A stretch of 64,000 nt of DNA from positions 32,194,432 to 32,258,431 of the forward strand of contig NC_090411.1 in assembly GCF_036365525.1 (NCBI RefSeq). Direction: 5' to 3'. A model generated the notes under the pieces. The model saw only the letters and a program-made list of their open reading frames with translations. It did not search any database and was not told where the DNA came from. Below are positions 19,142 to 36,585 of the stretch, one piece after another (position 1 is the stretch's first letter; each line of letters starts with the position of its first letter). This DNA comes from Heterodontus francisci. Its lineage: Eukaryota. A program made the translations under genes and the position numbers.

Positions 19142-19938
19142 AATACAATATGTATGTTATATAAATCACCTTTTAACATAGTGAAACCATTTCAAGATGT
19201 ATCCTGGAGCATTACTAAGCACAAGTGATGCTAAGCTGCATAATGAGAGAAGACAGGTAACCAAACTCATCAGAGAGATGGGTATTAAAACAGTTATTCC
19301 ACCATTTCTCCGCCCTGCGATGAGCAGTTTGGGATTGGAAGCTTAATCAGTCTTGAGTTAATATGGATGCATCGAGACTCGTCTCAGCCAAATTCATAAC
19401 TTTAGACTGCCTGATGAGCTTTGTAGAGTGATTTGGAAAATCAACCTGAAATACCATAATTGCACTGGCCTTTTGGAGTTTGGGGTGGATGGAGAAAGTA
19501 TACATTTTCCTGTTTGGAGAGGATTGAATTGTGTTTTGAAAGCCTTGCACTTGTGTACTCTTGGTAAGATACTGAAGGCAGAGGAATATGTTGGTGTAGC
19601 TCTACTCTAATCCAATCCTTCTGGAAGGAGTGACTGTTTCATTAACAGCACAAAGCAAATAACAAAACACTGAGTTTAAATAGTTATATTTCTTTACTCC
19701 CATATGTTCTCATCTTTCAATTTCTAAACTCAATACCAGCAACTTCTCCATTAATGTATCAATTTGTGATAGTCCCATTGTGCATTTCATACCAAATAGG
19801 AATCATCCTTGACAAATCCTACATTTGTCTTCACCCCTGTGGATGGAGTCAAACATTCATATTGCAATTACCTAATGTTTACAAGTTAACTTTTGGAACA
19901 TAGTTTAGAACTGCAGTGAGGGCAATGAAATTGCAGTG

Positions 19939-21187
19939 TTCATGACAATATGAAAGGCACAATTTAACACGGTGGCTCCTCATCAGACCCCTTTCCTATC
20001 CTGAGTGGTGTGAAACAGGGCTGTGTTGTCGCACCCGCACTTTTTGGGATTTTCTTCTCCCTGCTGCTTTCACATGCGTTCAAGTCCTCTGAAGAAAGAA
20101 TTTTCCTCCACACAAGATCAGGGGGCAGGTTGTTCAACCTTGCCCGTCCAAGAGCGAAGTCCAAAGTACGGAAAGTCCTCATCAGGGAACTCCTCTTTGC
20201 TGACGATGCTGCTTTAACATCTCACACTGAAGAGTGCCTGCAGAGTCTCATCGACAGGTTTGCGGCTGCCTGCAATGAATTTGGCCTAACCATCAGCCTC
20301 AAGAAAACGAACATCATGGGGCAGGACGTCAGAAATGCTCCATCCATAAATATCGGCGACCACGCTCTGGAAGTGGTTCAAGAGTTCACCTACCTAGGCT
20401 CAACTATCACCAGTAACCTGTCTCTAGATGCAGAAATTAACAAGTGCATGGGAAAGGCTTCCACTGCTATGTCCAAACTCGCCAAAAGAGTGTGGGAAAA
20501 TGGCGCACTGACACGGAACACAAAAGTCCGAGTGTATCAAGCCTGTGTCCTCAGTACCTTGCTCGACGGCAGCGAGGCCTGGACAACGTATGTCAGCCAA
20601 GAGCGACGTTTCAATTCATTCCATCTTCGCTGTCTGCGGAGAATACTTGGCATCAGGTGGCAGGACCGTATCTCCAACGCAGAAGTCCTCGAGGCGGCCA
20701 ACATCCCCAGCTTATACACACTACTGAGTCAGCGGCGCTTGAGATGGCTTGGCCATGTGAGCCGCATGGATGATGGCAGGATCCCCAAAGACACATTGTA
20801 CAGCGAGCTCGCCACTGATATCAGACCCACCGGCCGTCCATGTCTCCGCTATAAAGACGTCTGCAAACGCGACATGAAATCCTGTGACATTGATCACAAG
20901 TCGTGGGAGTCAGTTGCCAGCGTTCGCCAGAGCTGGCGGGCAGCCATAAAGGCTGGGCTAAAGTGTGGCGAGTCGAAGAGACTTAGTAGTTGGCAGGAAA
21001 AAAGACACAGGCGCAAGGGGAGAGCCAACTGTGTAACAGCCCCGACAAACAAATTTTTCTGCAGCACCTGTGGAAGAGCCTGTCACTCTAGAATTGCCCT
21101 TTATAGCCACTCCAGGCACAGCTCCACACCCCACTGACCACCTCCAGGCGCTTACCCATTGTCTCTCGAGATAAGGAGGCCAAAGAT
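19939..21187 (+). mobile_element. Young RTE LINE 3' fragment
   Basis: Uninterrupted 375-aa ORF 20010-21137 with LLFADD RT motif and a C-terminal CxxC..H zinc-finger-like end; ggccaaaga tail. Confidence 0.93.
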
Positions 21188-22521
21188 AAGTCATTCCATG
21201 TTCATGTCTTTGCATCTCTCAAAAGAAGTATCCATTCACCTCATTTGTGTTTCGCTGTTATATGAAAATTCACAAATGGCAAAGGATGTTTCTCATAACC
21301 TTGAGCTTTTTGTACTGATCAACATCCATACCCCCTATAGCTCGTGACACTATCACTCAGGCAAGGAACAGTAATGAACTAAAGTGATCTGGAGCAATTA
21401 TGAACTGTAAAAATTAACTGATGCACTAAACTCCAGAAAATGGACACACTTTTGCTACAGAGAAGATGGAGTAAGAGGTCAGGTGACCTCTCTTGTACTG
21501 CAAATACACATAGCGAATGCAGGAGACTAAACCCATCATCATATTGGGACTAGTCCTGGGAAAGGCATATTAAAATGCTAAATAGCTCCTATCGTCAAGA
21601 ATTGGGTTGACAAAGACCTTTGTGTGCAGGGAGACTCTGGAGTCAAAGCCAAGTTCATAGGTGGAACATAACACCAACGTATCAAGATAAGCCACAATCA
21701 AACCCCATTGTGTAGCAATGGCCACATTGTATGAACACAAATGTCTTTTCCAGCCACAGCTGATCTGTTTAACAGGTCCTTTCTTCATTCCAGTAACTGT
21801 TTAAAATCAATGTTCATGACAAAATTAATATGCCTTATTCTTCGCAGGTGGGGGCCTAGCATGATAAGGTGTAAATACCCAGATACATTTTCTGTTCAGG
21901 TGGGTCAACTGTGCTTATTGGTGGCATCTCTCCCGAGTGGCTCATGCCTGTAGCATGATTGGTGGCTCTGGACGTGAATCACTGCCACCCTGCCTGGCCC
22001 ATCTAAAACAGAGATTTAATCCAAGGCATCACATCTCATCACCTAATCCAGGACTGAACCACTTCTGCAATGAAACCAGATCTCACGGTTTTAGATGGCA
22101 GAGGAACACCAACGTGAGGCAAAAGAACCAGTGGGGAAATAATGAAAATTATCTTTACAGAATTCCTTGCAAAGAAACAAACTTCATCAGATTACAAAAA
22201 GCTGCTTTAGCAAAAATAGCAAATTATCATTTAATTTTAAGTTGTGATGCTAAAGCATTAAACCACGAGGCACTTTCAGATTTAGGGAATGTCAAGGAAC
22301 CTTTAGGAAGGGTGCAGAGGAAGTTTACCAGGAATTTAGCAGAGATGAGGGACTTCAGCTGTGAGGAGAAGTTGCAAAAGTTAAGACTGTTCTCCACGGA
22401 ACAGAGAAGGTTAAGAGGTGACTGAACAGAGATCTTCAAAGTGATGAGAGGGTTTTGATAGAACAGATAGAGAACAATTATTATCTCTGGCAAGTGGATC
22501 AATAACCAGAGGCCATAGATT

Positions 22522-22845
22522 GGGGCAGCACAGTGGCGCAGTGGTTTGCATTGCAGCCTCACAACTCCAGGGACCCGGGTTCAATTCTGGGTACTGCCTG
22601 TGCGGAGTTTGCAAGTTCTCCCTGTGACTGTGTGGGTTTTCTCCGGGTGCTCCGGTTTCCTCCCACGGCCAAAGACTTGCAGGTGATAGGTAAATTGGCC
22701 ATTGTAAATTGCCCCTAGTGTAGGTAGGTGGTAGGGAATATGGGATTACTGTAGGGTCAGTATAAATGGATGGTTGTTGGTCGGCACAGACTCGGTGGGC
22801 CGAAGGGCCTGTTTCAGTGCTGCATCTTTAAATAAATAAATAAAT
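22522..22845 (+). mobile_element. tRNA-derived SINE with CR1-type tail (HE1-like)
   Basis: A box gtggcgcagtgg, B box gggttcaattc, tail gggccgaagggcctgtttcagtgctg, (TAAA)n end; inserted in the CR1 fragment. Confidence 0.85.
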
Positions 22846-23257
22846 TCAAAATCATTAGCAAATGATCTAGAGGGGAGATGAGAAATTATTCACTGAGAAA
22901 GTTCTCAGGATCTGGAATGCTGGACCTGAAAAAGTGGAGGAAGCTGATTCCATAAATACTTTTAATGGGAGTTGGACAGGTGCTTGAGGATCAGAAACTT
23001 AATGGGTTATGGACAAAAAATAGGGATATGGCATTAAGCATGACTGCTGCTTTGAAGAGCCAGCACAGTCACAAAGGGCTGAATGGCCTCCTTCTGTGCT
23101 GTAAGGTTCTGTGACTCTGTCAACCAAAAGTACTGTCATAATTGAGACTAATCTCCCAAATTGGCCTCTATTTCAAAGCTCTGGTTGGCTTTGGGTCTCA
23201 CCCCCACCCCTCCTCCCCAAAGACCCCTCCCCTTTGTTAATTGGTACCCGGATTCAA

Positions 23258-23348
23258 GGGAACTTTCTGACTGGCTATCAGAGGTTGTCAATCATCATTG
23301 GTAATGTAATTCCCTGTTTGAATACAGGCTGGCCCAGTAGTATAAATA
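23258..23348 (+). promoter_or_regulatory. Ferritin copy 4 promoter module
   Basis: GGGAACTTTC 23258-23267 (kB-like, imperfect) and TATAAATA 23341-23348. Confidence 0.55.
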
Positions 23349-23421
23349 CAAGAGTTTGTGTTAGAAAGGTTTAGTTCTAGAGCTTTCTAGGTAGTAGTAA
23401 CAGTTTGTTGAAATAGTGAAG

Positions 23422-29263
<5,842 letters not shown>

Positions 29264-29635
29264 ACTGACAGCAGAGATCAAAGTCATGTGTAGTACTGGT
29301 GTTTGTGTAAATGGTGAGACCTTGGATAAAGAGCTGAGAGCTGGACTCTTGTGTACTAACTCTCTCTAAATGCAAATAAAAAAAATTTCAACATTGGACT
29401 GGGTTTAGTCTCCTAAATTTGAATAGTTTCCATTTAGATTACTATTTGTCTTTAACATCACATAAAACTGCTACACAGTCCTGTTTAATTCTTATTATGG
29501 GGTATAATGTAGAGACTATTCAAGATCATATAGTGAGGCTCATAACCTCAATTCTATGTACATATTGGGTAAAATTCATTTTGATGTGCTCTAATCCAAT
29601 GTAGAGAAATAGTCCAATGCAGCAACTTGCGTTTT

Positions 29636-29981
29636 ACTTTTAGTTTTTAGTTTGAGATACAGCACTGAAACAGGCCCTTTGGCCCACAGAGTCTGTGCCG
29701 ACCATCAACCACCCATTTATACTAATCTTACACTAATCCCATATTCCTACCACATCCCCACCTGTCCCTATATATTTCCCTACCACCTACCTATACTACG
29801 GGCAATTTATAATGGCCAATTAACCTAGCAACCTGCACGTCTTTGGCATGTGGGAGGAAACCGGAGCACCCGGAGGAAACCCACGCAGGCACAGGGAGAA
29901 CTTGCAAACTCCGCACAGGCAGTACCCAGAATCGAACCCGGGTCCCTGGAGCTGTGAGGCTGCGGTGCTAACCACTGTGCC
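29636..29981 (-). mobile_element. tRNA-derived SINE (HE1-like)
   Basis: Reverse complement of the 51914-52257 family. Confidence 0.85.
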
Positions 29982-31411
29982 TTTAACATAGTAAAGCATT
30001 TCATTAATATGACCGAGCCACATAGGAAAGATGACAACATTAATCAGAGGTAAGCATTTAACTGCCTTGCAAGGAGCGAGCTCGAAGATCACCACCTAGG
30101 TAACAGAATACAAGGAACAATTACCACTGGTGATGAATATTCTCTCTGCCTTTGCATGAAAGGCCACTCTCTGTAACCCTTCGAGTACCAGCTGCGGCAA
30201 GCTTGTCAAAAATGTAAGGAAAGTTTTTCCAGTGCGTTAATGATCCAAGCATTGATCCTACCTAAATTTTATCTGCTCTGGAGAGATTAGTTTCTGTATC
30301 TTTTTCAGTGAGCTATCAATTAAACATACTTGCTGCCCTCTTGTGGGGGGAGGGAGCAAGTGGGATCCCTGTTGGGAGAGGACTGAAATAGAATTTTAGA
30401 TGGGGTTTTTTTTTCCCTCTTTCTATTCCTATCTGAAGTTGAATAAAGTTTTGAAGAGAGTGTAATAGCTGTTTAAACTACACTGTTAGTACTGCTTTCT
30501 ATCTTGTTATTTAGTACACCAACATCAGTTATAACAGCCACAGAATCAGGTCTTTAATGAGCTCATGTACACAATCCGCCATGAGTACTCTAGTAAATCA
30601 TACCACCATTTGTATTGTGCCTATGATTCTCAGAACTCTGGTACATCTCACTGCATGCCATTTACTCAAAACTCCTACCCATTCCACCTTTTACATACTG
30701 CCACTAACTCTCAATACATTGAATGACCTAAATGTGGCAACAAAGTACCATGAAGAAAGAAGATACACTTGATCCATCTCAAACTCTCCTAATCATCCTG
30801 CTCCATGGTTATATGGTCTACTTAAGCTCTTCATTCACTATTAAAAGTTACTAGAGCAATATCTTAAGACATGGATGAAAGACCTTCACGTGCTCCTTCA
30901 GCTTTCTGTCCTTGTCTGAAGTCTATTTTGCAAAGCTGTTTTTAACCCATCTACAGATCCCACGCCATTGAGATACATGGGTAGTATGATCCCACATACT
31001 TTCATAAAGTATAATCCTTCTGGAAGGAGTGAATGTATTTCATTAAATGCATGAAGCGAGTTAAATATTTTTTCCTTGGAAAAACTCTTTGTTTTCTGCC
31101 AAAACCACAGACCTGTTCAATCAATTTGTAAACCCAACAGCAGCAGTTCTTCCATAATTAATGTGTATTTAGTCCCATTGTGCAATTTGTACCAAATAAT
31201 ACTTTCCAAATCCTACTGGACCACCATTGTCTCCTTCACCCCATGGATGCAAATATTGATGATGCAGCTGTAATTATCCAATGTTTACAAGTTAATTTTA
31301 GAAACTTAGTTGAGAATTGCAGAGTGCAATGAAATTGCAGTTTTCAGTTATTCCACACTAATGACTTTGCATCTCTCAACAAAGTTTTCAGTCGCATTAT
31401 TTGATCTTTGC

Positions 31412-32091
31412 TCATAGAGTCATACAGCATAGAAACAGGCCCTTCGGCCCACTGCATCCATGCTGACCATAATGCCTATCTATATTAATCCCACCTGCCT
31501 GCATTAATTCCATAACCCTCTATGCCTTGCTCATTCAAGTACCTGTCCAGATGCCTCTTAAATGTTGCTACTGTTCCTGCCTCCACCACCTCCTCAGGCA
31601 GCTCATTTCAGATGCCCACTATTCTTTGTGTGAAAAATTGACCCCTTTGATCCCCTTTAAACCTCCTCTCTCTCACCTTAAATCTATGCCCTCTAGTTTT
31701 AGTCACCCCTACCATGGGAAACAGACTTTGGCTATCTACCCTATCTATGCCTCTCATAATTTTATATACCTCTATCATGTCCCCTCTCAGCCTCCTTCAC
31801 TCCAGGGAAAACAGACCCAGCCTATCCAATCTCTCTTTATAACTCAAGCCCTCCAAACCAGGCAACATCCTTGTGAATCTTTTCTGCATACTTTCTAGCT
31901 TAATCACATCTTCCCTGCAGTGCGATGACCAGAATTGCACGCAGTACTCCAAATGCAGCCTAACCAACGTTGTGTACAACTGTAACATGACGTCCCAACT
32001 CTTGTACTCAGTGCCTCGGCCGATGAAGGCAAGCATGCCATATGCCTTCTTCACCACCCTGTCTACCTGTGTGAAGCTATTGTGTGAAAAT
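31412..32091 (-). mobile_element. CR1 LINE 3' fragment
   Basis: ORF 31797-32057 KAYGMLAFIGRG..LYTTLVRLHLEYCVQFWS..LESMQKRFTR; splits the spacer block. Confidence 0.85.
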
Positions 32092-32411
32092 TCGCAAATG
32101 GCAAAGGATGCTTCTCAGCACCTTGAGCTTTTCATTAGCATTGATATCCCTACTCCCTGCAGGCATTGATACTGAATACAAAGAGGTTCTGTGCAAAGGA
32201 TCGATCACTAGTTCCCTCTGAAGCAGTAATCACAGACCTTAATCAAAGAGTCTGCTGGCCATTGAGTGTATCCATGTGATGCCCATCAGTTCGGTCAAAG
32301 TCCTTTGTGACCGCAGGACATTCACTGCATCTTAGATCCTTTTCAACCAGTACGGGTATTGATACCCAGATACATTTTCTGTTTGGTTGGATCAACTGTG
32401 GTTGGGAGCAG

Positions 32412-33222
32412 TAAGTTGCAAATGGACATTGATGGATTAAGTGAGTGGGCAAAACTGTGGCAGCACTGGAGTTCAATGTGAGGTCATCCACTCAAGAAAA
32501 ATAAATCAGAAAGTTTTCTAAACGCTAAGGAGCTAGAAACTGTGGAGGAGCAGAGAGATTAAGGTGTTCGTGTACAGAAATGACTTTAAAAAACTAGGTA
32601 CAAAAATCTAACTGAAGGAGCTAATAGCATGTTAGTTTTCATCTCAAGGGGCTGGAAATCAAAGGATGGAGGTTATGTTACAATTATATAAAGCTCTGGT
32701 TAGAGCACATCTGAAATATTGCGTTCAGTTCTGATATATTGGCATTGGAGGAGGTGTAGCACAGATTCACCAGAATACCAAGGGAAAGGGGTCTAAATTA
32801 TGATGGCAATTTGCATAGACTAGTCTTGTATTCCTTCAGATATATAAGATTAAGGGATGAGTATAATGGTTGAAGATGATTAATAGATTTGATAGGGTGG
32901 ATAGAGAAAAATTATTTCCTCTGTTGTGGGGAGTCCAGTACAAGGATGTATAATCTTAAGATTAGAGCCAGGTCATTCGGGTGATGTTAGGAAACACTTC
33001 TGCACACAAAGGATATTGGGAACCTGAAACTCTCTCTGCCATAAAGTGGTCGAGGTTGGGAACATTTCAAAATTAAGATTGTAAGGTTTTTGTTAGGTAA
33101 GGGTATAAAGGGATATAGAACCAAGGTGTTATGGAGTTAAGACACAGATCAGCGATGATCTACTTGAAGGCTGGAACAGGCTTGAGGGGCTGAATGGCCA
33201 TCTCCTGTTCCTATGTTCCTAT
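32412..33222 (+). mobile_element. Decayed CR1 fragment upstream of copy 5 (co-duplicated copy ~37545-38628 upstream of copy 6)
   Basis: CR1 RT 3' remnants and tail gaggggctgaatggcc..tcctgttcctatg; shared junction (atcacag.ataatca..acctgcctgtatt) before both promoters. Confidence 0.7.
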
Positions 33223-33330
33223 CACAGAATAATCAATCAAACCTGCCTGTATTCCAAAGCTCTCAATGGCTGTGTGTCTCACCCCTTCCCCCACACCTCC
33301 TCTCCTTTGTTAATTGGTGCCTGGACGCAT

Positions 33331-33421
33331 GGGAAATTCCTGACTGGCTACCAGGGATTGTCAATCAGCATTGGTGATGTCATTCCTTGTTTGAATACAG
33401 CCTGATCCAGTATAATAAATA
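33331..33421 (+). promoter_or_regulatory. Ferritin copy 5 promoter module
   Basis: GGGAAATTCC 33331-33340 (identical to the IFN-beta PRDII kB site), TGATGTCA 33375-33382, TATAATAAATA 33411-33421. Confidence 0.65.
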
Positions 33422-33481
33422 CAAGAGCCTGTGGTAGAAGAGGTTAGTTCTAGAATTTTCTAGGTAGTAGTAATAGTGAAA

Positions 33482-36400
33482 ATGAATTCCCAAGTGCGTC
33501 AGAACTACCATAAAGACAGTGAGGATGCTGTTAACAAGCAGATCAACCTGGAGCTCTATTCCTCCTATGTTTATCTGTCCATGGTGAGTCTTGTATTCCT
33601 TTTCGCTGCATTCTGAAAAGTTGGAATTTCTCCAGTTTAATGAACTGGCTTTTAAACTATATTTCTTATGACTTTCTTACCTAAGGTGAAAAAAATTGTT
33701 TGATTGGTGAGTGTTTCAAGTATGTAATAGAGGGTGATGTTGAGTTAATGGACTGTTCCTTGTAGCAGCTGTTTTCTATTGAGGGGTTTATTATACGGAG
33801 CTACCTCAGTTGCTGCCTGAGTTTTTAACTGAACAAATATTGTCAAGTGTTTGTCAATATTGGACAGCAGTTCAGAGTCAATGGGATGACTGTAGATAAT
33901 GATGTCTTGGATCCAGATAATGTCTGCTCTTTAGAATGTAAAACAACTAGAATTAAGAGATTTTTTTCTTGTCTCAATAAATTTGTTTCATAGAAAACTG
34001 AAGGTGTTACTTGCCCATGTTTTGAATTTAACTTTATATGGAATATAAACACAAACTCCAGTTTCTTATTGTGACTTCCTTTTCCTATAAAAAAAGAAGT
34101 TATCCATCCAATGTTTGAGATTGGGGAAGTAAATTTAGAACTCATTAACTTTATTGGAGTGGGGGGAAAGAAAACTATGTAATTTAAGTAATTTTTAAAA
34201 AATTCTCTCCACAGTCCTATTACTTTGACCGGGATGATGTTGCCCTGCGTCACTTTGCTGAGTTCTTCAAGGAGCAGTCACATGAGGAACGGGAGCACGC
34301 TGAGAAACTGCTGAAATTCCAGAATAAACGTGGAGGCCGAATCATCTTGGAGGACGTCAAGGTTAGATTTGTAACTGAGGAGTCTTTTGTGTTGCAGTTT
34401 AGATTATTTGGTATCTTTTTTCTATTTTTACCCTTTTAAAGTCTTTAAAATCCAATTAATGGACTAAAATTACCAGTGTTGGCAGTAGTATTGAAGATGG
34501 GTCTAGGATGAGTTGGTGTAGCTTTAATCTTTGGTGAACTGAGCTAGTAGACTTTAGGGGATCAATATATGTAAATGTTCAGAATGAATTTGAAATGTTT
34601 GCAGCAAATTTAAAATCCTTGGGTAGGAAGCTACTGTAGAAATAAAAAGAATTGAATTCAAAGAATATAGCAAGCTTATTTTTAACTGCTTTTTTTCCAC
34701 CCCCACTCAGGCCTATAGGATAAATTTATCTGGACCTGGGAGAATAGGCCAAAACTCAAACTAGAAACTAGTCTCCGTTCTCAATAATTCACTACTAAAG
34801 GGAACAGCATGGATAAATGCTTGTAATTCTTTCCAGTATAATGGAAATCTCTTCAAAGAGAAGAATCCTGAAGTGAGAAATAGATTTTAAAAATTGACAA
34901 GGATCGAGGTGCATTTCTCTCAAACTAGTTTGCAAGTGCAAAAAACATTAAGGCCAGCTTGTAATTTGTTGAATTCTTGTTTTGTGCCCAACATTGTACT
35001 AATCTCATTCTCCAATGAGATTGGAGTAATTGACCATCATTGAAATAATGCTTGTGGATAAAGTTTGCTAAGCTGGCAATTGACTGGGTAAATGGGGACA
35101 TGTGAAATGATGATTCAGGGGGTTGGTAAAGAGGAATATTTTGCAACTGTGGGCCACAGTTGTAGTCTATAGATGAGAAATCCTTTTCTTCTTTAATAGT
35201 AGACCTAGCTACTTGAAGTGTATTTGGGGATAATTGGGAATGAGCATTTTGCTAAAATAGCAAAGCCGAGTCAATGCACTAATCTGCTCCGTGTAATCAT
35301 CTCCAATGTCATCCCAGTGCTTAATTCTACAATGCTCCCTTGTCATATTCCTGAAGTGCACAAGTTGGCTTCTATTGCTTCTAACCCTGTTGACCTTGAG
35401 CATAACACATCTCTTTGGGCTTGGCACTCCTAGTACTAACAGGACCACTAATTCCTTTCCAGAAGCCAGAGCAGGATGAGTGGAGCAATGGTCTGGAGGC
35501 AATGCAGAGAGCTCTGCAGATGGAGAAGGATGTGAACCAGAGTCTGCTGGATCTGCACAAACTCTCCACTGGCAACACTGACCCTCATGTAAGTTCCAAT
35601 GTTTTTGTTTTTTTACTAGCTGAAGGCAGTATTGAAATCTGCTCCTGAACTCTACATTGGCAGAATTCAATAGGTTTATTTCACAGGCAGATTTCAGGTT
35701 TTATTTTTGGCAAAGACCATCTACACTAAGCCTGGGGCTTTGGTATCTGAGACCTCAATGTTTAAAGTTCACTTTTTTTAAGCATTGTTTTGTGAGCTGA
35801 GTTAATTCTGAAGCTTGACCAAATGCCTTGAGAAACTGATGATGAAGAGAATTTCTAAACACTGAAATTAATGCTGTTTCTCAAACTACTGGCCCAAAAT
35901 CATACTGGGGCTGCAATTTATCCATTCCCATATAGATAAGGATTGGGAATTCTGCAAAACAGGATGTGTATCTGTACTGACCACTTAAACACTCAAGCAT
36001 CATAAGTGACTTCTGCCTTTTTAAGACCAGCTAAGAGGCTTGAGCTTTCTTTGAGATTGCCAGCTCGGCTGACTCCATTCACACTTGAGTTGAGAAATTC
36101 CATGCAGGATTGAACATGATGGAAATTTACTGAACTGTGTAAAAGGTAGTGACTGGCCTCAGCCTTGCTGTCAGGAGGGTGACTTGGCCAGTCACTCTAG
36201 GAGGACCTACCATCTATGTAGAACTGATCACACACAGGTGTGCACATATATAATAATATCCAAGGGCCAGGAGTGAAGCCTTGCACCCTCCCAGTGTAAT
36301 GAAATTGATGTCATTTTTGTCTTGTCTGGCTAAATATACATCCCTGGCAGTACTTTTCCATTATCTCAGTCCAAGAGTAATTTCTCCTAGGAAAGATTCT

Positions 36401-36585
36401 CACTTAACACTAACTACTCACTTCTGCTTTTGTTCTAGTTGTGTGACTTCCTGGAGACTCACTACTTGGATGAGCAAGTGAAGATGATCAAGAAGCTTGG
36501 AGATCACATCACCAACCTGAAGAGACTGGGAGCCCCTGACAATGGCATGGGAGAGTACCTGTTTGACAAGCACACGCTGAGTTGA
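33482..36585 (+). CDS. FTH1-like: Ferritin H/M-type subunit, copy 5 (173 aa, intact)
   Basis: Exons 33482-33583, 34215-34361, 35463-35588, 36439-36585. N-terminus [16 protein letters not shown]; ends DKHTLS*. AATAAA 36682-36687. Confidence 0.95.

Noticed and set aside
20010-21137. 375-aa ORF as a host or domesticated gene
   Set aside because: 5'-truncated RTE reverse transcriptase with near-identical copies in the window and no native start.
21440-21788. Minus-strand frame VAIATQWGL...YVYLQYKRG as a conserved exon
   Set aside because: Lies inside the LTR-like insertion, and the homologous copy at ~12320-12600 has a stop and frameshifts.
22522-22600. tRNA genes at SINE heads (22522, 49712, 51914, 55502)
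   Set aside because: A/B boxes continue into SINE or LINE bodies; no complete cloverleaf or terminator.
23396-23412. taacagtttgttg in the copy 4 leader as an IRE remnant
   Set aside because: The loop is CAGTTT, not CAGTGH; there is no 5-bp upper stem with a C bulge, and it is absent from other copies.
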